A stretch of 64,000 nt of DNA, from the NCBI GenBank assembly GCA_031362155.1, contig JANLRZ010000218.1, positions 9,940 through 73,939 of the forward strand, in the 5' to 3' direction. How positions within the stretch are numbered: position 1 is the stretch's first letter; each line of letters begins with the position of its first letter. Origin of the DNA: Acidimicrobiia bacterium. Lineage in GTDB: Bacteria > Actinomycetota > Acidimicrobiia > IMCC26256 > JAENVU01. The notes under the pieces are model-generated. The model ran no database searches and was not told the origin of the DNA. It saw nothing but the letters and a program-made list of their open reading frames with translations. This document shows, one piece after another, positions 9,720 through 18,812 of the stretch. The position numbers and the translations under genes were made by a program.

Positions 9720-9785
9720 TTCCCTTGTGGCTCGTGGCTCGTGCTCGTGGCCCGTGCTCGGGGCGTCGGTCAGTCCGTGAGGCCG

Positions 9786-10898
9786 TCAGCCCGTGAGCCC
9801 GGCACACCCGCGCCGGGCATCGAACGCGGCGACGTCGGCGGCGGCCGCATCGCCGGTGAGTAGGCGGGGGATTCCACCCTGGATCCGGGCGGGCAGCCAT
9901 TCGAATCGATCGATGTCTCGACCGGTGACGGTGACGCGCAGCACGCCCGATACTCCGGAGAGTCCCGCCTCGTTGTAGAAGACAAAGTTCCCGAGGCCGT
10001 AATCGACGAGCGCGCTCCCGAGCCGGCCGGCGGTCATCACCCGGTGGGCGTGCGCGCCCACCACGATGTCGGCACCGGCGTCGACGAGGAGGGTCGCCAG
10101 TTCCTGTTGGCGGGGTGACGGGCAGGTCGAGCCCTCCGCTCCCCAGTGCAGGTACACCACGATCGTGTCGGTGGTGGGCCGGGCCGCTCGGATGCCGGCG
10201 ATGAGCCGGTCGACCGCGGTGGTCTTCGTGGACGCGAGCCCGGCCGCGGTGTCGGTGGCGGTCCACGACTCGATGAGCCAATCGTCCAACACATCGGTGG
10301 CGCCGAACACCGCCAGCCGCTGACCCTTCACCTCGGTCGACCACGGCCGGTACGCCTCGGCCGCGTTCGCTCCGATCCCCACCACCGCCAGAGGCGTCGC
10401 TTGCTTCGCCGCCAACGTCTCGGCCAACCCTTCCGGGCCGAAGTCCCGGCCGTGGTTGTTCGCCATCGTCACCACGTCGACCCCGGCCACCCGCAGCGCC
10501 TCGTAGGCGTCGGCAGAGGCCCGGAAGTTGTACTGCTTCGGTTCGGGGCTCCCGCCGGTGGCGATCGCGGTCTCCAGGTTGACCATCGCAACGTCGGCCC
10601 CCGTGAGCGTGGGCGCGATGGGGGCGAACATCCCCGCGGGGTTCGACGAGAGTTGGCTTCGCAGCCCGCCCTCGAAGTGCACGTCCCCACCGAACACGAT
10701 CGTGATGGGGGTTCCACTGCCTCGCCGGGGCCGGGTCGTCGTGGTGGTCGTCGCCACTCGCCGGGTGGTGGTCGAGGTCGATCGGGGCCGGCTGGCGTCG
10801 CGGTCGGCATCGCGGTCGGCGCCGTCCTCACTGATCACGACGGCGGCGGCGACCGCCATGGATGCGGCCACGAGCACGATGAACACAATGCGGCGCAC
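9786..10898 (-). CDS. CapA-family (PGA_cap) membrane-anchored metallophosphoesterase-like protein
   Basis: N-terminal TM anchor MRRIVFIVLVAASMAVAAAVV and a T/R-rich linker. CapA-type motifs follow: FGGDVHFEG, MVNLETAI, VVTMANNHGRDFG, YLHWGAEG, VVGAHAHR. Confidence 0.8.
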   Translation of the reverse strand: MRRIVFIVLVAASMAVAAAVVISEDGADRDADRDASRPRSTSTTTRRVATTTTTTRPRRGSGTPITIVFGGDVHFEGGLRSQLSSNPAGMFAPIAPTLTGADVAMVNLETAIATGGSPEPKQYNFRASADAYEALRVAGVDVVTMANNHGRDFGPEGLAETLAAKQATPLAVVGIGANAAEAYRPWSTEVKGQRLAVFGATDVLDDWLIESWTATDTAAGLASTKTTAVDRLIAGIRAARPTTDTIVVYLHWGAEGSTCPSPRQQELATLLVDAGADIVVGAHAHRVMTAGRLGSALVDYGLGNFVFYNEAGLSGVSGVLRVTVTGRDIDRFEWLPARIQGGIPRLLTGDAAAADVAAFDARRGCAGLTG

Positions 10899-10937
10899 GG
10901 TGACTGACGGTAGTGCGCGTCCGGGACGTTGTTGAGG

Positions 10938-12848
10938 TCAGGCCGAAGACTGGGTGGCGCCGACCCAGCTCTGGTGGAGCGAGGCGTAGACGCCACCGAG
11001 CGCGACGAGTTCGGCGTGCGCACCGTGCTCGACGATCCGGCCGGCGTCGAAGACCAGCACGAGGTCGGCGGCCTCCGCGGTCGAGAGCCGATGGGCGATG
11101 CTGACCGTGGTGGCCGCGGCGGCGACCCGCATCAGCGCCGTGGTCAATGCCCGTTCCGTCTCCGGGTCGACCGCACTGGTGGCTTCGTCGAGGATGAGCA
11201 GCCCGGGGTGGGCGATGTGGGCCCGAGCGAGCGCGACCAGCTGGCGCTCGCCGACCGAGAGACCGTCGCCGCGTTCACCCACCTCGGTGTCGAGGCCGTG
11301 GGGGAGTCGGGCGAGCCAATCATCGAGGCCGAGCTGCACGAAGACGTGCTCGATGTCGCGGTCGGTGGCATCGAGCCGACCGACCCGTACGTTCTCCCGG
11401 ATGGTGGTGTCGAACAGGAAGCCGTCTTGGGGGACGAGCCGGATCGCGCGCCGACGCGACGGTCCGGACACGGTCCGCAGATCGGTGCCGGCGACGGTGA
11501 TCGCCCCGTCGGTCGGGTCGGCGAGGCGACACAGCAGCGAGGCGAACGTGGTCTTGCCCGAACCGGTCTCACCGACGATCGCGACGTTGGTCCCGGCCGG
11601 GATCTCGATCGACACGTCGCGCAGGACCGGCCCACCGGTGCGGTACGAGAAGTCGACGTGGTCGGCCGCAATCGCCAATGGTCCGGCCGGAAGCGTCGCG
11701 CCGTCGGGCTCGTCGGCGACGTCGATCGGAATATCGAGCACATCGAGGACCTTGCGCCACCCGGCGATCGCGGTCTGGGTCTGGTCGATGATCTCGCTGA
11801 TCTCCGCGATCGGGAACAGCAAGAGGTTCATGAGGAACGCGAACGCGACCACGGTGCCCAGATCCAGGCCGAGTTCCACGCCCGAGAACGCCGAGACCGC
11901 AACGACGGCCGCGAGGGCGAGGGAGCCGAACATGTCGCCAACGGGGAACATCAGTGCGAAGTAGCGGCCGGCCTCGCGGTGGGCGAGGTAGAGGTCCTGG
12001 ATCCGGTGGTGGAGCCGGTCGCGAGCCCGCGCCTCGAGTCCGTAGGCGCGAACCGCGGCGGCGCCGGTGATGGTCTCGGAGAACTCGCCGAGCATGTCGC
12101 CGGTGCGCTCGCGCACCTTGTCGTACGCGACGAGTTGGCGGCGCTGGAGGAACCGAAGGATCGGGATGACCGGAATGAACGCGACGATCGTGATGAGCGT
12201 GAGCTGCCACGAGTAGATCGACATGACGACAAGGGTGCCGGTGACGAGCGCGGTGTTGACGACCCAGCTGATCGCGCCCCAGTTGACGAATCGGGCGAGG
12301 GTTTCGATGTCACTCGTCACGCGGGCGACGAGGATGCCGCGCTTGGTCTCGTTCTGTTCGGCCACGCTCAGCCGGTGAATGTGTTCGAACACCCGGACCC
12401 GCAGAGAGAACAGCGCGCCTTCGGCGGCGCGGACGAGACGCAGGTACGTGATCCGCGACAGCACCATCAGGACGAGGACCCCGACGGCGCTCAGGACACA
12501 GGCGGTGATGACGAACGTGGCCCGGAATCCGCTCTGATGCAAGACGCCGCGGTCCAGCACTTGTTGGATCACCACGGGGATGAGGAGGCGGCCCGCGGCG
12601 ACGACCACCGCGAACGCCAGGGACACGAGGATTCCCTCGCGGATCTCGGGCATGACCGCGATGCCCTTGCGCAGAACTGCGAGGCCGCCGGACGGCTGGC
12701 GTTCCTCGTCGGCGCCTTCCGGAGCGGTCTCGTCCGACGACGGTGGCTCGTTGCGATGGGCATGGCTGCGATCGACGAGCTCGTCGAATGCGCTGTCGTG
12801 CGCGGTCTCGGCGAGGGCGTCGAGTGCCGCATCGTGGTTGGTGGTCAC
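10938..12848 (-). CDS. ABC exporter, fused permease + ATPase (half-transporter, partner 2)
   Basis: Six-TMS N-terminal half. Walker A GETGSGKTT, signature LSVGERQ, Walker B LLILDEATSAVD. The GTG start overlaps the upstream stop (GTGA 12845-12848). Confidence 0.9.
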   Translation of the reverse strand: MTTNHDAALDALAETAHDSAFDELVDRSHAHRNEPPSSDETAPEGADEERQPSGGLAVLRKGIAVMPEIREGILVSLAFAVVVAAGRLLIPVVIQQVLDRGVLHQSGFRATFVITACVLSAVGVLVLMVLSRITYLRLVRAAEGALFSLRVRVFEHIHRLSVAEQNETKRGILVARVTSDIETLARFVNWGAISWVVNTALVTGTLVVMSIYSWQLTLITIVAFIPVIPILRFLQRRQLVAYDKVRERTGDMLGEFSETITGAAAVRAYGLEARARDRLHHRIQDLYLAHREAGRYFALMFPVGDMFGSLALAAVVAVSAFSGVELGLDLGTVVAFAFLMNLLLFPIAEISEIIDQTQTAIAGWRKVLDVLDIPIDVADEPDGATLPAGPLAIAADHVDFSYRTGGPVLRDVSIEIPAGTNVAIVGETGSGKTTFASLLCRLADPTDGAITVAGTDLRTVSGPSRRRAIRLVPQDGFLFDTTIRENVRVGRLDATDRDIEHVFVQLGLDDWLARLPHGLDTEVGERGDGLSVGERQLVALARAHIAHPGLLILDEATSAVDPETERALTTALMRVAAAATTVSIAHRLSTAEAADLVLVFDAGRIVEHGAHAELVALGGVYASLHQSWVGATQSSA

Positions 12849-14689
12849 GGCCCCACCTCGATCGGGTCGTCGAGATCGTCGTTGTTGGGGGCGACGCTGT
12901 CGTAGGCCGAGAGCATTGCGACGTACTCGGGGTCGGTGGCGAGGAGTTCGGTGTGGGTGCCGGCGGCGACGATGCGTCCCTGGCTCATTCGCACGATCCG
13001 GTCCGAGAGTTCGACGGTGGAACGCCGATGCGCGACCACGAGCGTGGTCATGTGCAGCTCGCCTCGGAGGGCGTTGAGGATCCGCGCTTCAACCCGAGGA
13101 TCGATCGCGGAGGTCGCATCGTCGAGCACCAAGAACTGCGGGCGGCGGGCCAGGGCTCGGGCCAGCGCGAGCCGCTGGCGTTGTCCGCCCGAGAGCGTGA
13201 CGCCGCGCTCGCCGAGCATTGTGTCGCGCCCCTCGGGGAGATGGCTGACGAACCGCTCGGCTTGGGCGACGCGGAGTGCGGATTCGAGCCGATCGTCGCC
13301 GTGGTCGGTGCCGACCAAGACGTTCTCGCGCACGGTGTCGGCAAAGACGAACGACTCCTGGAAGACCAGGGCCAGCAGATCGCGTCGGGCTTCACGCTGG
13401 AGCCGATCCGGCACCAGGCCGTGCACGCGGATGGTGCCCTGATCGGGCGCATCGAGTCCGACCAGGAGTTCGCACAGCGTGCTCTTCCCGCAGCCGGTCG
13501 GTCCGACCAGCGCAACGATCTCACCGGGAGCGATGGTGAGGTCGATGCCGGCCAACACGGGATCGCCGATCGGATAGGAGAAGTGGACGTCGCGGGCCAC
13601 GACCTCGGCCGGTGTGGAGGGTGGGTCGTCGTGGTCGTGCGGTGGCTCGGCGTGAGGTGCGGCGAGCAGACGGTCGAGCCGTTCGGTGGAGACGACCGCC
13701 CGGGGCATCTCCTCCAGGAGGAATCCGACCACTCGCATCGGGAAGGCCAACAGGGTGAACAGGGCCATCGCCTGGACGACGTCACCGGGCGAGATGACCC
13801 CTTCGGAGATCCGCCAACTCCCGACGGCCAGGATCGCGATGATGCCGAGGTTGGGAAGCGCGTCGAGCGCGGGTTCGAAGAACGCCCGCAAGCGCCCGAC
13901 CTCGATGCGTTCGATGCGGAGCGCATCGGCGGCGACCGAGAGCCGGCGGACCTCGTGGCCTTCGAGGCCGAGCGACTTCACCGCGAGGGCCCCGTCGAAA
14001 CTCTCGTGCGCGATACCGGAGACGTCACCGACGTGGGCCTGCACGGCGGCCGCGGGGCGCTCGACCCGACGGGTGTAGTAGCGGTTGAGCAGCGCCATCG
14101 CGGGGAACAGCACGACGCCGACGAGCGCCAGTATTGGATCGACGGCCACGAGCGCGATCACCGAGAAGATGATGAGGACGAGGAGACCGGTGGAGAAGGG
14201 GAGCGGGTTGACCACTTCGGTCGCCGCCAGCACATCCGCGTCGGCGTGGGCCAGGAGCTGACCCGTCGAGACCGACCGGTGGAACTCCAAGGGCACCGCA
14301 AGGAAGTGGTCCGCGATGTTGCGGCGCAACCAGGCCTGTCCCAGCCACGTGGTCTTGCCCGCGAAGTAACGCCGGGTGATGGTCCCGATGCCGCGCAGGA
14401 GCGCGACGACCATGATCAGGGCCACCCAGGTCCAGGTGGTGGCGCGGCTCACGCCGGTGGAGTTGAAGCTCGGAGTCAGGACCTTGTCGGTGACCCGGCC
14501 GAGCACGAGGGTGCCGAGCACCGAGGCCCCGGCGTAGATGACCGCGCCGACGATCGCGATACAGAACGGCAGCGGATTCAGTTTCACGAACCGCCAGAGG
14601 ACCCGGAGACCGCGGCGGATGACGTGTGCGGGAACACCCTCGGACACCGGGTCGGTCTCGGGGTCGGCTGGGGGTGCGGTGCTGGTCAT
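12845..14689 (-). CDS. ABC exporter, fused permease + ATPase (half-transporter, partner 1)
   Basis: Walker A GPTGCGKST, signature LSGGQRQR, Walker B FLVLDDATSAID. The ATG overlaps the lipid-kinase stop (ATGA 14686-14689). Confidence 0.9.
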   Translation of the reverse strand: MTSTAPPADPETDPVSEGVPAHVIRRGLRVLWRFVKLNPLPFCIAIVGAVIYAGASVLGTLVLGRVTDKVLTPSFNSTGVSRATTWTWVALIMVVALLRGIGTITRRYFAGKTTWLGQAWLRRNIADHFLAVPLEFHRSVSTGQLLAHADADVLAATEVVNPLPFSTGLLVLIIFSVIALVAVDPILALVGVVLFPAMALLNRYYTRRVERPAAAVQAHVGDVSGIAHESFDGALAVKSLGLEGHEVRRLSVAADALRIERIEVGRLRAFFEPALDALPNLGIIAILAVGSWRISEGVISPGDVVQAMALFTLLAFPMRVVGFLLEEMPRAVVSTERLDRLLAAPHAEPPHDHDDPPSTPAEVVARDVHFSYPIGDPVLAGIDLTIAPGEIVALVGPTGCGKSTLCELLVGLDAPDQGTIRVHGLVPDRLQREARRDLLALVFQESFVFADTVRENVLVGTDHGDDRLESALRVAQAERFVSHLPEGRDTMLGERGVTLSGGQRQRLALARALARRPQFLVLDDATSAIDPRVEARILNALRGELHMTTLVVAHRRSTVELSDRIVRMSQGRIVAAGTHTELLATDPEYVAMLSAYDSVAPNNDDLDDPIEVGP

Positions 14690-15600
14690 GGGGTCACGAG
14701 GGTGAGCGCGTCGGGGACGTAACCGATGTCGAGGCGACGGACGTCGCCGAGGTAGTCGCCGTCGACTTGGTAGGGGAATGGTTCGTCGCTGGTGATGGTC
14801 GCCGTGGTCACTCCGTCACGCTGGACGATGTCACGGTGGCGGTGCAAGAGGCGAGGTGAGATCAGCGCGCGGCCCGCGATGCTGAGGATCGAGGGCGCGT
14901 GCCGCGCCTTCACGACGGTGAAGCTCATTGCGGTCGCCAGGCCCGCGGCGGGCGCGACGACGAACGGGGTATGGCCGATGTAGGTATACGGGCTCGTCTT
15001 CGAGATGATGAGCATGGTTCCGCCGTCAATCGTTTCGCCGTCGTCGAGCGTGATCGAGAATCGGCCGCGTGAGTGGTCGTAGGTGCGCAACCAGGTGTCG
15101 AAGGCGGCCACGACGAACAGCGGGTGCGCGGCGTATCGCTTGAAGGCCGCGCGTCGTTCGACGGCTTCCACCACTGCCGCGTCGAAGCCCACGCCGCAGT
15201 GGAAGAGGAAGTGGCGGTCGCCGATGCGGCCGAGCCCGATGCGTTGGAACGAACGCCGCTCCAAGGAGTCGAGGAGGACCGAGGTCGCCTCGACCGGGTC
15301 GTCGGCGATGCCCAGCGTGCGGGCGTAGACGTTGGTCGAGCCGCCCGGCAAGGGCGCGAGCGCAGTGTCGGTCCCGATCAGGCCGTCGGCCGCTTCGTTG
15401 AGCGTGCCGTCGCCGGCGAGCACCGCCACGACCTCAAACCCCTCGGTCGCCGCCCCCCGAGCCAGGCGGGCCGCATGGCCGCGCCGGGAGGTTTCGGCCA
15501 CCTCGAGATCGTGATCCGCGCCCAGGGCCTTCTGGATAACGACCCGCGTGCGAGCCGTGACCGAAGAAGCCGTCGCGTTGACGATGAGGAGGACCCGCAC
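14686..15600 (-). CDS. Diacylglycerol-kinase-family lipid kinase (DAGK_cat)
   Basis: MRVLLIVNATASS ... VAVLAGDGTLNEAADGL (GDGT motif); about 300 aa. First gene of a four-gene minus-strand string. Confidence 0.85.
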   Translation of the reverse strand: MRVLLIVNATASSVTARTRVVIQKALGADHDLEVAETSRRGHAARLARGAATEGFEVVAVLAGDGTLNEAADGLIGTDTALAPLPGGSTNVYARTLGIADDPVEATSVLLDSLERRSFQRIGLGRIGDRHFLFHCGVGFDAAVVEAVERRAAFKRYAAHPLFVVAAFDTWLRTYDHSRGRFSITLDDGETIDGGTMLIISKTSPYTYIGHTPFVVAPAAGLATAMSFTVVKARHAPSILSIAGRALISPRLLHRHRDIVQRDGVTTATITSDEPFPYQVDGDYLGDVRRLDIGYVPDALTLVTP

Positions 15601-15676
15601 AACGGCGCAGGCTACCGGTCGGGTCTGCGAATCCTCCGGGAGTTGCCCGCGATGCCGAGCGCCGAGCGGACGCCGC

Positions 15677-16048
15677 CTACTTGGGCGCGGCCGTGGCGGA
15701 TTGCAGCACCCCGGCGGCGGAAAAGGTTGCCTGGAGCTCGTCGAAGAGGGCGCGCATGTTCTTATTGGTCCGGCTCACCCCGATCGCGCCGCCCAGGTAT
15801 CCGCGTGAGCCTCGCGAGACCCGCACGAGCGACGCGGTTGAATCGGGGATCGAGCCGATGGCGACCTCGACGAGGAAATACTGCGCGAGCGCGCCGGCGA
15901 GCGCGTTGGCCACCTTGTTGCCCCGCTCCGCTCTTCCGCTCCACTCTTCTGTCCATTCCACCCTGAATTTCTTGGCTTCGAGCGCCTGCTGCACGGTGGC
16001 CTTGACGCGAGCGGGATCACCGGTCAGTTGGATCTCGAAGTACTCCAT
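15677..16048 (-). CDS. Hypothetical protein (123 aa)
   Basis: ATG at 16048 (MEYFEIQLTGDPARVKATVQQALE...). The longer ORF 15677..16342 has an Arg/Ser/Pro-rich, non-protein-like N-terminal extension that overlaps the udg promoter region. No family recognised. Confidence 0.5.
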   Translation of the reverse strand: MEYFEIQLTGDPARVKATVQQALEAKKFRVEWTEEWSGRAERGNKVANALAGALAQYFLVEVAIGSIPDSTASLVRVSRGSRGYLGGAIGVSRTNKNMRALFDELQATFSAAGVLQSATAAPK

Positions 16049-16112
16049 TGCCGGCTCCGTTCGGGCTGCCCCGGGCGACCCGGAAGGTGTCGCGGTGCGC
16101 CATGCTGGGTGA

Positions 16113-16805
16113 GTGAAGCCACCGACGCTAGAAGCCCTCGCCCGCGAGATCGCGGACTGCCGGGCGTGTCCGAGGCTCGTGGCGTGGCGGGAACAGGTCG
16201 CGGTCGACAAGCGGGCGTCGTTCCGCGATGAGCAGTATTGGGGCCGACCCGTGCCGGGGTTCGGCGATCCCGATGCCCGGGTGTTGGTGGCGGGACTCGC
16301 GCCCGCCGCCCACGGTGCGAACCGCACGGGACGAGTCTTCACGGGTGATCGGTCGGGCGATTGGTTGTACGCGTCGATGTATCGGAACGGGTTCGCGAAT
16401 CAGCCGACCTCCGTGAGCGCCGACGACGGCCTGGTGTTGCACGGCGCCTACGTCACGGCCGCGGTGCGATGCGCGCCGCCGGCGAATCAGCCGACGCCCG
16501 ACGAGCGGGATCGCTGCCTGCCCTTCTTCGTACGGGAACTGGAACTCCTGCCCGAGGTCCGGGTGATCGTCGCGCTCGGCGCATTCGCCTACCAGGCCGT
16601 TTGGACCACGCTCGCGTCGGCCGACGTCTCGTTGCCCCGGCCGCGTCCGCGGTTCACTCATGGTCTCGAAGTGGTCACCGAGCGAGCAACCATCGTGGGC
16701 TGTTTTCACCCGAGTCAGCAGAACACGTTTACCGGCAAGCTGACCGAACCGATGATCGACGGTGTCTTCGCCCGGGCGCGGGTGCTCAGCGAACCAAGCG
16801 AATGA
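16113..16805 (+). CDS. udgB: Uracil-DNA glycosylase, family 5 (UdgB-like, 4Fe-4S)
   Basis: CRACPRLVAWRE (Fe-S Cys) and the family-5 motif VAGLAPAAHGANRTGRVFTGD (GLAPA rather than the family-4 GE.PG). C-terminal HPSQQN. Confidence 0.8.
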   Translation: MKPPTLEALAREIADCRACPRLVAWREQVAVDKRASFRDEQYWGRPVPGFGDPDARVLVAGLAPAAHGANRTGRVFTGDRSGDWLYASMYRNGFANQPTSVSADDGLVLHGAYVTAAVRCAPPANQPTPDERDRCLPFFVRELELLPEVRVIVALGAFAYQAVWTTLASADVSLPRPRPRFTHGLEVVTERATIVGCFHPSQQNTFTGKLTEPMIDGVFARARVLSEPSE

Positions 16806-17574
16806 GTTCGACGGTTCCGTAGATGATCGCGATGGTGCCGAGCACGCTCGCGACCACGAGTCGTAGCGTGCGGTCGTTGGTTTTGATCGCGAGGTGCGCG
16901 CCGACCCGCGCCCCGGGGATGGCGGTGGCCATCAACGGCAGCGCGTAGAACCAGTTCACGTTGCCGAGGAGTTGGTGGGTGAGGGTGCCGGGAATCGCGA
17001 TGAGACCGACGCACGCGAGCGACGTGCCGATCGCCGATTTGAGGGGCAGGCCCACAATGCCGGTGAAGGCCGGCACCATGAGAATCCCGCCGCCGACACC
17101 AAGGAAGCCGGACAGCAACCCGGCGAGGATACCGATGCCGACGAGTCGGGTGAGGCGCAGGTCGAGGTGCGGTTCGCCATCGCTCGTGGTGCGTTGGGGC
17201 GCGCGGCCCATCGCGGCGGTGCGATAGGCCGTGAAGGCCATGAGTCCGGCGGTGAGGATCATCTGCACGTGGCCCCGGCCGGGGATCACGTCGGAGGCGA
17301 TCGCGCCGAGGGCGGCGCAGGCGGCCCCGGCGAGGCCGGTCCCGAACACCACCCGGCGGACGACCAGACCGTCGCGCTGATACCGCAGCGTGCCCGAGAT
17401 CGACGACGGAATGATCGAGGGCAACGTGCTGCCCACGGCTTGGAGGGGTGTGGCACCGAGCAGCAGGATCGCCGGGGTCGAGATCACCGCGCCGCCCACA
17501 CCGAACACGCCTGACAGCACGCCGGTGAAGAACCCCGCCACGAGGACCAGGACGACGGTGACCAGGTCCGACAT
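16786..17574 (-). CDS. TauE/SafE-family sulfite/anion exporter-like membrane protein
   Basis: Start at ATG 17574 (MSDLVTVVLVLVAGFFTGVLSGVFGVGGAV). It has the internal repeat GFLGVGGGILMVP typical of TauE/DUF81. The upstream 139 aa of ORF 16786..17991 look non-coding. Confidence 0.8.
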   Translation of the reverse strand: MSDLVTVVLVLVAGFFTGVLSGVFGVGGAVISTPAILLLGATPLQAVGSTLPSIIPSSISGTLRYQRDGLVVRRVVFGTGLAGAACAALGAIASDVIPGRGHVQMILTAGLMAFTAYRTAAMGRAPQRTTSDGEPHLDLRLTRLVGIGILAGLLSGFLGVGGGILMVPAFTGIVGLPLKSAIGTSLACVGLIAIPGTLTHQLLGNVNWFYALPLMATAIPGARVGAHLAIKTNDRTLRLVVASVLGTIAIIYGTVELIRLVR

Positions 17575-17616
17575 TGCTCGGGAGGTTAGGGCAGGCCCGC
17601 GTATACCCTGGGTTCC

Positions 17617-18510
17617 ATGACCTCTGCGCTGGCGCTCCACGGGGTGTATCTCCCGCTCATCACGCCCTTCGCGGCCGACGGGTCGGTGGCCCTCGACGCG
17701 GTCACCACCCTCTGCCACGAGTATCTCGACGCCGGTGCCACCGGCATCGTGCCCCTCGGGACCACCGGTGAAAGTTCGGCATTGACCGCCGACGAGAAGC
17801 GGGCGGTTGTCGCCGCGTGTTCCACGGTCTGCGTCGAGCGCAACGCCCAACTCATCGTGGGGGCCGGCACCAATGCGACCGCGACCACCATCGCCGCGGT
17901 CCAGGACCTGGCCGGCACTCCGGGGTTGTCGGGCGTGCTCATCGTCGTGCCGTATTACGTGCGGCCATCCGAAGCCGGCATCGTGGCGCACTTCAAGGCG
18001 GTGGCCGACGCCTCACCCGTCCCGGTCGTGCTCTACAACGTCGCGTTTCGCACCGGTCGCCACCTCTCGGCCGCGGGCGTGCTCGACGCCGCTGTGCATC
18101 CCAACATCGTCGGGATCAAGCAGGCCACCGGCCTCGAAGTCGACACGCTCGAGTTGTTGCGCGACGCGCCGGCCGACTTTGCGGTGCTCGGCGGCGAGGA
18201 CGCCTTCCTGTTCCCGCTCATGCTCATGGGCGCGTCCGGCACGATCTGTGCGTCTGCGCATGTGCTCACCGAACAGTTCGTGTCGATGATCGAATGCGGA
18301 ATCGTCGGCAAGGTCGACGAAGGCCGAGCCCATGCCGAGGCACTGCTTTCCGTCGTGCAGGCATGTTTCGCCGAACCCAACCCCGCGGTGTTCAAGGGTG
18401 TCCTGCACGCCCAAGGTCGGATCCCGACGCCCGACGTCCGGATGCCGCTCACCAATGCGTCGCAAGCCGCGATCGACGCCGCCCTCGCCGCCATCTCCGC
18501 CGCGCGATAA
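17617..18510 (+). CDS. dapA: 4-hydroxy-tetrahydrodipicolinate synthase family (DapA/DHDPS-like aldolase)
   Basis: GTTGES, VVPYYVRP, YNVAFRTG and the Schiff-base lysine context VGIKQATG are all present; 297 aa. Whether it is the housekeeping DapA or a paralogue cannot be decided here. Confidence 0.8.
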   Translation: MTSALALHGVYLPLITPFAADGSVALDAVTTLCHEYLDAGATGIVPLGTTGESSALTADEKRAVVAACSTVCVERNAQLIVGAGTNATATTIAAVQDLAGTPGLSGVLIVVPYYVRPSEAGIVAHFKAVADASPVPVVLYNVAFRTGRHLSAAGVLDAAVHPNIVGIKQATGLEVDTLELLRDAPADFAVLGGEDAFLFPLMLMGASGTICASAHVLTEQFVSMIECGIVGKVDEGRAHAEALLSVVQACFAEPNPAVFKGVLHAQGRIPTPDVRMPLTNASQAAIDAALAAISAAR

Positions 18511-18531
18511 CCGCAGTTCCCCCCTCCACCG

Positions 18532-18583
18532 CGACTTTTTGTCTCCAGGGTTGGGTTTCGACCCACGCGCAGACAAAAAGTCG
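18532..18583 (+). repeat. Perfect 13-bp inverted repeat (A/T-rich stem) enclosing a second 5-bp hairpin, 22 nt after the dapA stop
   Basis: cgactttttgtct (18532-18544) pairs with agacaaaaagtcg (18571-18583). The inner hairpin is tgggt-ttcg-accca (18552-18565). No U-tract follows, so it is not a textbook intrinsic terminator. Confidence 0.6.
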
Positions 18584-18698
18584 GGGTGGCGCGTCACGAG
18601 CCGCGCTCGGGTCCCGAGTCGGAGATCGTCGTGGAGACCCTCGCCGGAATCCGGGCCCGGGCGGCGAGAGTGACCGCGTCTGGCTAGCCCCGGCCCGC

Positions 18699-18811
18699 AC
18701 CGTTTGGCACATGGTGGCGCGCTCACGACCACGAGCCGCCAATCGTCGGAACCCACCGCGACCGTTTGGCGCATGGTGGCGCGCTGAGGACCACCAGCCG
18801 CCAATCGTCGG
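18699..18811. repeat. Two 51-bp imperfect direct repeats (47/51 identical), period 62 bp
   Basis: 18699-18749 accgtttggcacatggtggcgcgctcacgaccacgagccgccaatcgtcgg versus 18761-18811 accgtttggcgcatggtggcgcgctgaggaccaccagccgccaatcgtcgg. Each copy has internal self-complementarity (ttggcg..ggtgg..ccacc..cgccaa). Confidence 0.85.
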
Positions 18812-18812
18812 G

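Noticed and set aside
10929-14722. Two plus-strand ORFs of about 658 aa each (10929..12905 and 12743..14722)
   Set aside because: They are exactly antisense to the two ABC exporter genes, which have complete Walker/signature motifs. The plus-strand translations are low-complexity (D/R/G/E-rich).
16049-16342. N-terminal extension of ORF 15677..16342
   Set aside because: The extension overlaps the udgB 5' end on the opposite strand and is Ser/Arg/Pro/Ala-rich. The internal ATG at 16048 begins a normal-looking sequence.
17575-17991. N-terminal extension of the TauE ORF (401-aa version)
   Set aside because: It is antisense to the dapA 5' region and is hydrophilic and Arg/Gly-rich, unlike the membrane protein that starts at 17574.
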